Source of the DNA: a virus
Taxonomy: Duplodnaviria; Caudoviricetes
Length of the DNA: 61,603 bases
IMG/VR virus record: IMGVR_UViG_3300030090_000470
Span: 1 to 61,603 of that record
Reading direction: 5' to 3' (one strand)
Of the stretch, positions 1 through 9,773 are shown piece by piece. Each line of letters starts with the position of its first letter. Position 1 is the stretch's first letter. The position numbers were made by a program, and so were the translations under genes. Below the pieces are notes generated by a model, which saw only the letters and a list, made by a program, of their open reading frames with translations, was not told the DNA's origin and made no database searches.

Positions 1-143
1 GCATTATCATCTTCTCGCAATTCAATAAAAACTGAATCGCCGACTTCCATATCGCCCCATGCGTATTGTGAACCTCTGCCCCTGATATCTTCAGGGATAG
101 GAACTCCTTTTTCTATATTAAATTTCATTAGTGTATATCCTCG
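1..143. repeat. Terminal direct repeat (circular assembly overlap), left copy
   Basis: Identical to 61461-61603 except G78 vs A61538. Confidence 0.95.
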
Positions 144-346
144 ATTTTAATAAGTTTATTATCTTCTAAGTATTTTTTCCAAAACATAAAGACTAGAGCG
201 GGGTCGTTGACCCCCTCTAGTTGCTCACAGCCTTGTGCTATCATAAGGTCGGCTAGCTCTTGTGCTAGCTCATTCTCATGTGCTTTGCTGAATACAGCTT
301 CCCATAGTCTACCTAGTAGATTCGCAGGTATTCTATATTCGTCCAC
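128..346 (-). CDS. Hypothetical early protein
   Basis: 72-aa ORF coupled to the upstream gene; its stop overlaps the next start. Confidence 0.75.
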   Translation of the reverse strand: MDEYRIPANLLGRLWEAVFSKAHENELAQELADLMIAQGCEQLEGVNDPALVFMFWKKYLEDNKLIKIEDIH

Positions 347-1371
347 TATGCCGCCCTCGATAGAGCCATATCTAGTGCTTTAGCTTTTCTATTAGCTCCT
401 GCACCAAACCAAGCACTATGTAAAGCATTACCTTTTACTTGCGAAGTCCTAAGGTGGTCTTCGACATAGGTAACAGCATTAAATGCACCCCACCATGTTT
501 CTTTAGCTGATTTAAGGTTTGCACCTGGAGAGTTGTAATACCCTTCCATAGCTAATGCAGGGAACTTATTAAGTTTCTCCGCTAATGGTTCTTGTATACC
601 GACTGCTTTACCTTCTGAACGTAATTTTTCTTCTAGTTTATATTGCATAAGCATATCTGGTTGATATATTTCTGCAACGTAATCTATTACGTCAGAATGT
701 TTAGCTTTCGCTTTAGATAGAGTTGTAGCATATTGCTGAAACTCTTGCATTTTAGATTTAGATAAACCTAGTGCCTCTTCTGCAGTTTTAACAACTTGGT
801 CATTGAAATCTCTAACATGCGGCACTCTAAAGTGATTACCTGCTTGTTCTAGAGCCAATGTAAGTGTGTTATTACAAACTACTCTTATAGGCGTTAGTTT
901 TATCGTCATCGATTTACCTGCTACGTGTGGTTGATTAATTAAGAGATAACCTCCTATTTCATCACCACCAGCAAGTTCAAAGTCATCTGAGATTTTAGCT
1001 AAACCCCAAATTTCTTTACCGTTTCTTAAACTACCTGCAGTTTCCATGGTCATATCACCAGCTTCTGTAAAGCGTTTAAAAAACTCAAATACCCTCTCGT
1101 TTTGGAAAGGAACATAGTTCTTCCCGCAATGCGAAAGTATTGTATTGTCGCTGTCACGAACAATATGGTAGGTATCTTCAGCTTGAATTAACCCCACGTT
1201 GTCGCTCCAGTCTGGAGTATCGATAGTGTAGCTTGGACGTTTACTAACAGTCCAGTTTAACTCTGCCGCCTCCAACATTTGCAATGGCGTAAGATTAGAC
1301 TCTACCTTAACACCTAGTTTGTGCCAAGGGACATCGTTTGCCCACGCTATTGTTTCTATATTATGTGCCAT
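346..1371 (-). CDS. DUF932 / phage-plasmid-like protein
   Basis: MAH..E...VPWH.LG N-terminus, ETAGSL, TPIRVVCNNTL, TWWGAFNAVT motifs; strong SD AGAAAGGAG. Confidence 0.85.
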   Translation of the reverse strand: MAHNIETIAWANDVPWHKLGVKVESNLTPLQMLEAAELNWTVSKRPSYTIDTPDWSDNVGLIQAEDTYHIVRDSDNTILSHCGKNYVPFQNERVFEFFKRFTEAGDMTMETAGSLRNGKEIWGLAKISDDFELAGGDEIGGYLLINQPHVAGKSMTIKLTPIRVVCNNTLTLALEQAGNHFRVPHVRDFNDQVVKTAEEALGLSKSKMQEFQQYATTLSKAKAKHSDVIDYVAEIYQPDMLMQYKLEEKLRSEGKAVGIQEPLAEKLNKFPALAMEGYYNSPGANLKSAKETWWGAFNAVTYVEDHLRTSQVKGNALHSAWFGAGANRKAKALDMALSRAA

Positions 1372-1427
1372 ATAATTTCTCCTTTCTGATAGTTCATATG
1401 GTTGTAAGCCCCACGCTTACCCTTATA

Positions 1428-1456
1428 ATAGTATATAACAACTTTACGAAAGTAAA
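1428..1456 (-). promoter_or_regulatory. Repeated early promoter TTTACT-N17-TACTAT
   Basis: Member of the GCTTTAC(A/T)TT family, upstream of the DUF932 gene. Confidence 0.65.
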
Positions 1457-1833
1457 GCACTAGTAAGAGCAGTCCAGTCGTAGGGAACGGTGAGAGTTAG
1501 AAGAGCTTTATGATTATATCCACCTTTTACTAATTCTTTAATTCCTGTTAGGCTGTCGATATGGTAGAGTTTGATTTCATCATTTTTTCTAGCCATGACG
1601 AATACTTGTCCTCCATGCATTGCACGTTTAGTTAACCATGATACTTGCATGGGTCGTAGAGTGAGTTTATTTCCTGAATGTATTTCTTTTAGTTCTATCC
1701 AAAATTCTTTGCCCCAACCACAACCGTTAACGTCGGGCACACCTGCACCTGTCATACCTGTTTCAATACGCTGTAGGTGAATATCTTTTAGGTTTTCTCT
1801 TAATAAGAGCCAGAGATTCTTTTCTTTAGCCAT
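1444..1833 (-). CDS. VRR-NUC / Holliday-junction resolvase-like PD-(D/E)xK nuclease
   Basis: GVPDV...FWIELK...LRPMQ..W motifs. Confidence 0.8.
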   Translation of the reverse strand: MAKEKNLWLLLRENLKDIHLQRIETGMTGAGVPDVNGCGWGKEFWIELKEIHSGNKLTLRPMQVSWLTKRAMHGGQVFVMARKNDEIKLYHIDSLTGIKELVKGGYNHKALLTLTVPYDWTALTSALLS

Positions 1834-2450
1834 TCTTCGTGTCTGAATAAATCTGGTTTTCTAACATTTTCTTGATAGTATTTTTTCGAATAAGCTGCAC
1901 GTTTTTTCCTAGCTTCTTTATTAGTTCTATATTTCTTTTTTTGTCTTTCATTTATTTTTTCTTTATTTTTTTGCATATATTTTGTATTTTTAACACGAAT
2001 ACTTACTTTCTGGTCTTCTGTTAAGTTAGCTAGATATTTTTTAGATTGTTGAGATGCATAAGATTCATCATGGTGTTTATCGTATTCTTCTACAAATGCT
2101 TCTAAACCTGCTATAACAACTCTAGCTTCGTGTTCATTTCTATCTTGCACATACCGTTCATGGTTAGCTTCAGCTATAGCAAATATATCTGGGTCAACGT
2201 GGTAGTCATCAACTACGAACCTTCCATTACCTGTGACATGCGTTTCATCATGTTTGATAGAGTTTTCAACTGTAGTAAAACCTCTCGGTCCTCCTGAACA
2301 GTCAAGTTCTTTATAAATATCTTTTCTATCTAAACAATTAGCTTTTATTAAACATTTTCTACTACAATACTTTCTTTTCTTCCCTGTAAGTGGGTTATCA
2401 CATTTCGGTAAAGCACATCGTAGGTATGTTACTTTCTCTTTTTTAGACAT
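1800..2450 (-). CDS. Hypothetical protein with N-terminal Cys4 zinc finger and basic C-terminus
   Basis: CALPKC...YCSRKC; K/R-rich C-terminal helix; no HNH motif seen. Confidence 0.6.
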   Translation of the reverse strand: MSKKEKVTYLRCALPKCDNPLTGKKRKYCSRKCLIKANCLDRKDIYKELDCSGGPRGFTTVENSIKHDETHVTGNGRFVVDDYHVDPDIFAIAEANHERYVQDRNEHEARVVIAGLEAFVEEYDKHHDESYASQQSKKYLANLTEDQKVSIRVKNTKYMQKNKEKINERQKKKYRTNKEARKKRAAYSKKYYQENVRKPDLFRHEEWLKKRISGSY

Positions 2451-2456
2451 ACCTAT

Positions 2457-2485
2457 AGGGTAAAGTAGATTAACGCCAAAGTAAA
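2457..2485 (-). promoter_or_regulatory. Repeated promoter TTTACT-N17-TACCCT, probably leaderless transcript
   Basis: -10 box ends 6 nt before the ATG at 2450; no SD. Confidence 0.6.
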
Positions 2486-2631
2486 GCAGTAAAACGACGA
2501 AATTAGCTTTCTGTTTAATCTAAGCCGTTTTAAGCCCTGACTATATCTTCTAAGGCTAAACCCTTAACTACCTCGTCAAAACGCCTTAGGTGGCGTCTAG
2601 TGAGACCGATTTTTCCGATATAGCTTAAAAT

Positions 2632-2976
2632 TTAGTATTTCCAGTCCCAACCGCTATGTGGTACTACTGATTGATTATTTCTAATAGTTTTAATACTTTT
2701 AGTCTTTAACCATGCATTATATTCGGCTGTTATTTCTTCCATATCATTAAAAGTAGAGTTGAGTTCATTCCATTTATTACGTGCAACTTGCGTTCCTAGA
2801 TAATAATCGCCGTCACCTAACTTACAGCGTGTTACAATTTGCCATACACGTTGTTTTGTTAAATCGTATGCTTCTGCTAATTCGAGTAGAGTGATATCTT
2901 GTTTTAGCCACTCCTCATACATCATTGCATATTTTTCTTGACTTTCTGCTTTCTTCTTTGGTGTTATACCTCTCAT
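2632..2976 (-). CDS. HTH DNA-binding protein (sigma70 region 4-like)
   Basis: TLLELAEAYDLTKQRVWQI helix-turn-helix pattern. Confidence 0.65.
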   Translation of the reverse strand: MRGITPKKKAESQEKYAMMYEEWLKQDITLLELAEAYDLTKQRVWQIVTRCKLGDGDYYLGTQVARNKWNELNSTFNDMEEITAEYNAWLKTKSIKTIRNNQSVVPHSGWDWKY

Positions 2977-4838
2977 AGAGTTATCTCCTTAACTTTGCCC
3001 CAAGATTGACCAAGCTCTGCGTCGACTAGTAGAGGAACTGCGATTTTTACACAGTTTTCCATAATCTCTATAACTTTTTTAGCCTGAGCATGATTTTCGA
3101 TAGATATGTCTACCTCATCATGTATTTGCAAGTGTGGGACTATTCCTTCCTTCCATAAGTCTATCATAGCTAGTTTAGTCATATCAGCCGCAGAGCCTTG
3201 TATCAAACGGTTGAGTGCTTTATAAGTAAATGAACGTTTAAGTTCATCGCCGTATTTATTTATTGCGTCATCTTTTGCTAGCGGTGTAGTTCTTTCAAAT
3301 TTACTTTCCCATAAATCGAAACGACACCTACGTCCTCCTATAGTTTTTATAAATCCTTTTAAATTCGCTATCCGAGTGCATTGGTCTTGTAATGCTTTTA
3401 TAAACGGAACTTTTTCATGATACTGTTGAAATAATTTTTCTGCTTCAAATTCATCTAGTCCTAGTTCTCTAATTAATTTTTCTTTACCCATACCATAGCT
3501 TAATCCTAGATTAATCGTTTTAGCTTGTTTACGTGGTATATTTGCCATATCTGCAACTATTTGGTGAAAGTCTGCATTATTTTCTGTATACTGTTGTACA
3601 GCTTCTTGTGAGCCACGTAGACTCATTTCGTTGGCGTAATGCACCGTAAGTCTAGGCTCTTGTTGTGAGTAGTCAAACGCTCCCCATTCACAGCCTTCTT
3701 CTGGTATAAATAATGACCGTATTAAATTACCTATTTCTGGGTCACGAGCAGGGACTTGTTGTAGATTAGGATTACTATAACTAAATCTACCACTGACTGT
3801 GCCACCCCTGTCGTTACGCATAGGGTGAGCCTCTGCATGTATACGACCGTTAAATACATGGTCGCCTATCATTTTATCAATAAACGTAGTTCTCGCTTTA
3901 TTTAACTTTCTAGCCCTGACAATTAGTTTAGGCAACTCGTGTTCATGTCCTTCTAACCACTGTCTTTGAAAACTAGGTGTGCCTTTTTCTGTACGTGGAT
4001 ACCACAAATCGTTTTTATCGAATATGTTTTGTAATGAAGCGTTAGCCCATAAATTTACATCACTACCATATTTCCTTTTTATTTCTACTTGTATAAGTTG
4101 TTCTTCTTTAGATAATCGACTACTAACTTCATCTGCTTTATTAGTATCGACTCTTACACCCCTCCATCGCATTTCAATGAGTAGAGGTATTAGGCTAAGT
4201 TCCATATATAAAACTTTTTCTAAATCTTGTTCTTTTATTTGTTCTTCTAATTTATGCCACAACTTATAAGTAAGTATGGCATCTTGTTCACCATAAGGTC
4301 CAACATATTTTGCTGGTAACCTATACATTTCGCTTTTAGGATTACATCCATATGCAAGTGCAGCGTCTTGTAATAATGTTTCGTCTTTAGTTTCGTTACA
4401 CCAATCTTTACCTAAACTATCTAGCGAGTACGAAAATCTATTTTCATCTAGTAGAGGGGCGGCAATGATAGTATCAAGGATTGTACCTTGTATATCAATG
4501 CCTTCCCTTTTTAACCACCCAACATCATACAGAGAATTATGAAAGATTACTTTGCGTTGAGTAGATAAAACATTTTTTAACCACCTTAATACAATACCTT
4601 CATCTAAATTACCACCACCTTTATGGCGTATAGGAAAATATCCATGCCAATCTTTTGTAGCAATACCTACACCAACAATATGACCATTACCTGTAGCCCA
4701 ACCTGGACCATTAATAAGTAGATTAGGGTCATAAGTCTCAAGGTCTATGGCTACCGTTTCATCAGTAACAAACTGTGGAAACACATCAGGCACAGACCAA
4801 GAGCTTTCGGGTTTAAATAAAGGACTTTGCAAAATCAC
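2973..4838 (-). CDS. polA: DNA polymerase family A with 3'-5' exonuclease
   Basis: ExoI DLET, ExoII FHNSLYD, motif A DYSQQEPR, motif B RKQAKTINLGLSYG, motif C QIHDE. Confidence 0.97.
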   Translation of the reverse strand: MILQSPLFKPESSWSVPDVFPQFVTDETVAIDLETYDPNLLINGPGWATGNGHIVGVGIATKDWHGYFPIRHKGGGNLDEGIVLRWLKNVLSTQRKVIFHNSLYDVGWLKREGIDIQGTILDTIIAAPLLDENRFSYSLDSLGKDWCNETKDETLLQDAALAYGCNPKSEMYRLPAKYVGPYGEQDAILTYKLWHKLEEQIKEQDLEKVLYMELSLIPLLIEMRWRGVRVDTNKADEVSSRLSKEEQLIQVEIKRKYGSDVNLWANASLQNIFDKNDLWYPRTEKGTPSFQRQWLEGHEHELPKLIVRARKLNKARTTFIDKMIGDHVFNGRIHAEAHPMRNDRGGTVSGRFSYSNPNLQQVPARDPEIGNLIRSLFIPEEGCEWGAFDYSQQEPRLTVHYANEMSLRGSQEAVQQYTENNADFHQIVADMANIPRKQAKTINLGLSYGMGKEKLIRELGLDEFEAEKLFQQYHEKVPFIKALQDQCTRIANLKGFIKTIGGRRCRFDLWESKFERTTPLAKDDAINKYGDELKRSFTYKALNRLIQGSAADMTKLAMIDLWKEGIVPHLQIHDEVDISIENHAQAKKVIEIMENCVKIAVPLLVDAELGQSWGKVKEITL

Positions 4839-5113
4839 TTTTTCTTTTTAGGTGCTTTTCCGCCTACCCATGCTTCATTAACATCGGGAGTAGATTTATC
4901 GTCAGCGACGTATCTTCCTTTTTTAGTTCTAGCACGTTTTGGTTTTGTTGTGATAACTTCAGCTTCATCTATAGGTTTTAGTTCTACTGTTGCCTCATCT
5001 ATTGCAGCATCAATTACTTCTGCTTCTTTTAAAAGTTTTTTAGCATGTTCAACTTCTAGATTTTCCTGTGTTGGTAATCCTAAGAAACCTTTTAGTTTAT
5101 TCCAAAAACTCAT
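4835..5113 (-). CDS. Conserved phage hypothetical protein
   Basis: RAR..KGRYVADD.STPDVNEAW motif typical of marine phage small proteins. Confidence 0.7.
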   Translation of the reverse strand: MSFWNKLKGFLGLPTQENLEVEHAKKLLKEAEVIDAAIDEATVELKPIDEAEVITTKPKRARTKKGRYVADDKSTPDVNEAWVGGKAPKKKK

Positions 5114-5475
5114 ATATCCTCCTCGTCTACGTCGTTATAAGATTCTGTTATTTCTTGTGGTTCATCTGTAGTTTGAACAAGTATTTCTTGTTCTACTAGT
5201 AAAAGATATCTACGTAAATCACGTATATCGTCTAATAGACCTGCCTCGCCACTATATACTTTACCCGCTTCGAAGATATCCCAACCATGTTTTTCAGATT
5301 GATGTTCTATCCTATCGAACTTACGAGCAAGCATCATAAAGGCACCGACACCGCCACGTCTTTTCCAAGAATCGCCGTAAGATTGTTCCGCTCGTTGTAG
5401 AGCTTGTAAATCGTTTTGAGCAACTTCTTTCATGAGATTAAAATCTGCACTCATGTTATTCTCCTTTTTCCGCAT
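5110..5475 (-). CDS. MazG-like / Nmad1 (DUF1599)-like nucleotide-modification-associated protein
   Basis: YGDSWKRRGGVGAFMMLARKFDR...LDDIRDL..YL; adjacent to the TS homologue. Confidence 0.65.
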   Translation of the reverse strand: MRKKENNMSADFNLMKEVAQNDLQALQRAEQSYGDSWKRRGGVGAFMMLARKFDRIEHQSEKHGWDIFEAGKVYSGEAGLLDDIRDLRRYLLLVEQEILVQTTDEPQEITESYNDVDEEDI

Positions 5476-6484
5476 GGTTATTTCTACGCTCTTCTCGGGT
5501 GCGGAGCCAACTAAGACAAGCGTTTTTCCAATCTTTTGGAATTATATAATCACAGTGTGCGTATGCTTCCTCATACTTTCCTGATTTATATAAATAATAA
5601 GTAATTGCCATAGGCACTGCAATATCTCTATAACAGGGGTTTACCCAATTAGCAGCACCTATGATATCTGCAGGGTGGTAATTAAAAAATCTATCGTGTT
5701 CCCAGTCTAAACAATCATGTTCTATAAATAAATCACTAGATTGGTAATTAGAAAATGTTTCGTAAATATTTTCAAAAGGTGTATAAACATCTATAGATAA
5801 ATGTTTAACTTTATCCCATACCTCGTTAAGATAGACATGAAAACTATCACTAACTTGTCGATATACGCCAACGGGTACACCAAGTCTATGTGCAACAAGT
5901 TCTTGTAGCACTGACATATGTACCACGTTAGCACCATACGCACCCCATAGCATATCGTTAGACCTATTACAAACAGTCATATTTAATTTATTATCTCTTA
6001 TCTTAAAATAAATATTAGTATTACAAGGCACGTCTTTACTGACTCTAGCTAAATCTTTATTTGGGTCCCACATCTGTAATACTGCACGTCTATCGTCTGG
6101 GTTTTCTTTAAGAAGTTTTACAATCATGTCTATTTGGTCTTTATGAAAATATTTTCTCCACCTATAACCATAAGCACCCCACAAAGTTTCTCCGTTATCT
6201 GAAAAGTCAGACATACTTGCAACATAATAAGTTAATGATTTTAAATCGTTTCTGCCTGCTAACATCCACATGCTCTCTATAAAGTGAAAGAAAGGATTTG
6301 CATCTCTTGCTTCTATAAGACATACTCTTTCTGTTGGTTTTAAATAAACAGTAGTGACAGGGTCAACACATTCTAATGTTTTACCGTTTCTACTATCTTG
6401 TTCGATATAATTTGTTTCATCTTGAAATAAATCAATGCCTCTTAAAATAGCGTCGTTTACGTTTCTAACTTTTATTACTCTCAT
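5456..6484 (-). CDS. Thymidylate synthase homologue, likely dUMP hydroxymethylase
   Basis: SRNG, RDANPFFH, DDRRAV, catalytic DVPCN, RSND, GAN (Asn indicates dUMP specificity), SFHVY. Confidence 0.85.
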   Translation of the reverse strand: MRVIKVRNVNDAILRGIDLFQDETNYIEQDSRNGKTLECVDPVTTVYLKPTERVCLIEARDANPFFHFIESMWMLAGRNDLKSLTYYVASMSDFSDNGETLWGAYGYRWRKYFHKDQIDMIVKLLKENPDDRRAVLQMWDPNKDLARVSKDVPCNTNIYFKIRDNKLNMTVCNRSNDMLWGAYGANVVHMSVLQELVAHRLGVPVGVYRQVSDSFHVYLNEVWDKVKHLSIDVYTPFENIYETFSNYQSSDLFIEHDCLDWEHDRFFNYHPADIIGAANWVNPCYRDIAVPMAITYYLYKSGKYEEAYAHCDYIIPKDWKNACLSWLRTREERRNNHAEKGE

Positions 6485-7380
6485 ACACCCTCCACTAATG
6501 GTAAATTTTCATTATAATTATACATAGACCTCGTTCTCCCCTCTCCTTTATAAATACGAGAATACTTATCAAACTCACATAGACCACCCTCTATTTCTCT
6601 CATCTCATAAGGCAAATCATTTCTAAAAGTTATGTGCACTGGTAGTTCTTGTATTGCTATATCGTATAGAGCTACCATTTCACTACACCAATCATGACTA
6701 CGCTGACAAAAATCTAATGGTCTACCTGTTAATCTATTTAGTCCTCGCATAGCTCCTGGACCTGCATTAGCCCATGAATATCTATCGTTTGCTCCTTGTA
6801 GTAGGTAAGTAAATCTTAAATCTGTAACAACTTCGTACGCCATGAACGGTCCCATATATGGATATTCTCGTAATAAATTCCAACAATACTCTAAAGAGCT
6901 TTCGTTATTATCTCTACGTTTTACAAGTTTTTTTATCATATAATCTTTACGTTCCCACATATGAGTTATACATTCCGCTACACCTGTAACTTTGTCCATA
7001 CCGTTTGGGGACTTTACTATATACGCTCCTGTAACCCATTTATCTTGTTTAGTTATTTCTTCTATCGCTTTTTTCCTATCCCAATTTTTAAGTAGGTCGT
7101 TTTTTATTAACGTTCTGCCTGTGGGTATCCAATTAAACCAACGGAAAATAACCGTAGCCATAAGTACGTCATTGTCTTCACGCATAGGCTCTCGTATATG
7201 TTTTTTAAACCAACGAGTTGTTCTGTCTTCTTCGCGAAAAACTTGACAGAACTTATATTGCTGAAGTATAGGGTCATCAGTCCAAGGAGGTGGGAAGTTC
7301 TGGACTTCTTTTTGTAGTCTGATGTTTTCCCTCTCTACTTGCCAATACAAGTACCTATCAAGTTCCTCTTGAATAAACAT
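6481..7380 (-). CDS. aGPT-Pplase1 / 5-hmdU DNA kinase helical-domain family protein
   Basis: PWTDDPIL..YKFC.V.RE.DRTT, FRWFN, HhH-like GPFMAYEVVTDL, GPGA.RGL, IE..LCEFDKY. Confidence 0.85.
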   Translation of the reverse strand: MFIQEELDRYLYWQVERENIRLQKEVQNFPPPWTDDPILQQYKFCQVFREEDRTTRWFKKHIREPMREDNDVLMATVIFRWFNWIPTGRTLIKNDLLKNWDRKKAIEEITKQDKWVTGAYIVKSPNGMDKVTGVAECITHMWERKDYMIKKLVKRRDNNESSLEYCWNLLREYPYMGPFMAYEVVTDLRFTYLLQGANDRYSWANAGPGAMRGLNRLTGRPLDFCQRSHDWCSEMVALYDIAIQELPVHITFRNDLPYEMREIEGGLCEFDKYSRIYKGEGRTRSMYNYNENLPLVEGV

Positions 7381-8219
7381 TACTTTTTACGCAACACCCA
7401 TGAACAGTTATTCGCTACTTCTGGATAAAATGTAGCCGCAACAACTCTTAAAAATTGTCTGCCGTATCTATTTTCTAACATATTAAATTGTTGTGGAGTC
7501 CATCCCACATTAGGAATTTTCATAGCTTTCTTTAAATTAGGCATTTGTATAAATGTTCCTGTAACAGCTTCTATAGTAAAGTTTCTTTCTAATTCATCTT
7601 TTAATTCTTGAAAACCCCACTCATATACGTGGTCTTCAGGTAGCTTATCGTTAGAGCCGTCGTGGTTAGGTGTAGACACAAAACCCAAAGCTCCAGGACG
7701 CATCACCCTAGCTACATCATCAAGCCATGGAGCTATAAACTGTCTACCCATATGTTCAATAACTTCAGTAGACCAAAAGAAATCTATACTTTCGTCCTCT
7801 AATTTAAATACAGGGTCGACTGTTAAATCTTGAATTACTATTGTTGGATTAAAATTCTGAAACCATGTAGATTCCATAATCTTACCTCCTGCGTTTGACC
7901 AATAAGGTAATTCCATTTCACAGGCAGGGTCTATATCAGTGCCATAAAAAGAAGCTATAACATCTGTCTTTTTAATAACATACGCTTTATATAGACTTCT
8001 TAAAGCCCAACACTCACCGCAACCCACCTCAAAGGTGTTAAGCGGTCTGCCTAATCTTTTTGCTTCTTCTATACATAAAGAAGCTATTTTATCAAAACGA
8101 CTCATATGAGCTATCTCATCTGGTCGCCAGTTAGCTAATACACCCGCACTAGCTATATCCATTCTTGTGTTTTTACTGTCGTTTTCATTGACAAGTAATT
8201 TTTTTCTAATTGAAGACAT
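7380..8219 (-). CDS. Class I SAM-dependent methyltransferase
   Basis: Motif I FEVGCG, GTDID, QDL, EVIEHM, RPGA..FVSTPN, HVYEW. Confidence 0.85.
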   Translation of the reverse strand: MSSIRKKLLVNENDSKNTRMDIASAGVLANWRPDEIAHMSRFDKIASLCIEEAKRLGRPLNTFEVGCGECWALRSLYKAYVIKKTDVIASFYGTDIDPACEMELPYWSNAGGKIMESTWFQNFNPTIVIQDLTVDPVFKLEDESIDFFWSTEVIEHMGRQFIAPWLDDVARVMRPGALGFVSTPNHDGSNDKLPEDHVYEWGFQELKDELERNFTIEAVTGTFIQMPNLKKAMKIPNVGWTPQQFNMLENRYGRQFLRVVAATFYPEVANNCSWVLRKK

Positions 8220-8241
8220 AAGTCCCTCCTTTCTTTTAATT

Positions 8242-8271
8242 AATATACTTTACTTTTTATTACAAAGTAAA
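8242..8271 (-). promoter_or_regulatory. Promoter of the modification operon, TTTACT-N18-TATATT
   Basis: Same -35 family; followed by SD AGAAAGGAGG and the methyltransferase ATG. Confidence 0.55.
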
Positions 8272-8276
8272 GAACT

Positions 8277-9773
8277 TTATATTTGAAAACACCGTGTTGT
8301 TTTTGGCTCTATCAAATATAGGTTTTCTTTTGCCCTAGTCATACCAACATAGAACACCCTATTTTCATCATCAGGATTTTTCTGATAATTTTTATAAACT
8401 CTTGTAGTTATATCAGTAAGTAATACAACGTTTGTAGCTTCACCGCCTTTTGCCGCATGTATTGTAGATAATCTTATACGTGGCTCTTTAGTTATTTTTT
8501 CTCCTCTACGTAACATTGCTCTTATATAACTAATTTCTGCAGGTCTTAGTAGAGTAAAAACATCGTACCACTCACCTATGGGTAAATCTGGAAACTGTTC
8601 TTTCAAAGAAGTTAAGTTGGGTTTTGCTGATGTTTCAAGTAAATCTAACTTTTTAAAATCTTTTACTTTGATATATTTAAGAATATTAGCACATTCTGTT
8701 AACGGTAATCTTGCACCTTTCCTTAAACGTTGCCAATTTATAACAGCTCTTACTTTGCTTTCGGGTAGACTTGTTTTACCTTTTACCTCAAAAAACCAGC
8801 CCTCGTTTCTACAATACTCATCTACTTCTTCAAGCAAATAGTTTGTTCTAGCTAATACTAGCCAATCGCCTTTTTCCATGTTTAATAAAGTTATGCTTGG
8901 CTCCCACCTCACAAGACCTTGTTCTTTTTTAGGATGCCATACTTTATGAATACGTGAGCTAACTTGGGATATACAACGTTTCGCATACTCATGAACGCTA
9001 GAAGGTATCCTATACGATTGTTCTAATACCATAGCATTAGAACTATTACTGATTAAATAATCCACGTCTGCTCCTGCCCATTTATAAATAGCTTGGTCAT
9101 CATCACCCGCTACATATATACGTTTTGCATTATCTGCTAGTTTACGTACAACAGCCCATTGCACAGGTGATAAATCTTGTGCCTCATCTACAAACATAAC
9201 GTCTAATTTTGGTATGGTTCCCTCGTGTATAAATTTATGTAACATATCTGTATAATCAACTAACAACTTATCTTCTTTAAATAATTTTAGTCCTCTAGCA
9301 TATCTTTCTAATTCAAACCAACCCACAGCTTCATCTACATCGTGCCATTGTTCTTCTAACGAAACATAACGCATACGTGCTAAATTTTCTATAAAAGCTA
9401 ATCGGTCGTCGTGGGTCATAGCGAATAAATGTCCGTCCTCAGATTGAGTTCGACCTGTTAATTTTAAATTTAATTTTTCATTTAATTCTTGTACATCTTG
9501 TGGACCCATGACGTTTTCTCTAGTTAATCCTAGTTGTCTAAACGCTAATGAATGTAATGTTCTAAAATAAGGAAGTTGTGTGTTTGTTATGCCAAACTTA
9601 TTCATAGCTCTTTCTTTACCTTCGTTGACTGCTTTACGGGTGAATGTAAAAAAACCTATGTCTGAAGGCTCTGTTCCTGTATCAAGTTCTTTTTCGATTA
9701 AATCTAGTAAAGTAGTCGTTTTTCCTGTTCCTGGTGGTCCAAGAATAACTTGTGTATGGCTAGGTAATGTCAT
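8277..9773 (-). CDS. SF1 (UvrD/Rep-like) DNA helicase
   Basis: GPPGTGKT, VDEAQD, GDDDQAIY, STIHAAKGGE, YVGMTRAK. Confidence 0.93.
   Translation of the reverse strand: MTLPSHTQVILGPPGTGKTTTLLDLIEKELDTGTEPSDIGFFTFTRKAVNEGKERAMNKFGITNTQLPYFRTLHSLAFRQLGLTRENVMGPQDVQELNEKLNLKLTGRTQSEDGHLFAMTHDDRLAFIENLARMRYVSLEEQWHDVDEAVGWFELERYARGLKLFKEDKLLVDYTDMLHKFIHEGTIPKLDVMFVDEAQDLSPVQWAVVRKLADNAKRIYVAGDDDQAIYKWAGADVDYLISNSSNAMVLEQSYRIPSSVHEYAKRCISQVSSRIHKVWHPKKEQGLVRWEPSITLLNMEKGDWLVLARTNYLLEEVDEYCRNEGWFFEVKGKTSLPESKVRAVINWQRLRKGARLPLTECANILKYIKVKDFKKLDLLETSAKPNLTSLKEQFPDLPIGEWYDVFTLLRPAEISYIRAMLRRGEKITKEPRIRLSTIHAAKGGEATNVVLLTDITTRVYKNYQKNPDDENRVFYVGMTRAKENLYLIEPKTTRCFQI

Noticed and set aside
1-143. Biological terminal repeat
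   Set aside because: It interrupts a gene and has no terminus-like features; more likely an assembly circularisation overlap
1800-2450. HNH homing endonuclease
   Set aside because: Basic repeats resemble HNH-associated linkers but no HNH catalytic motif is present
7380-8219. Restriction-modification DNA methyltransferase
   Set aside because: Lacks the (D/N)PPY or PC catalytic motifs; resembles small-molecule class I MTases
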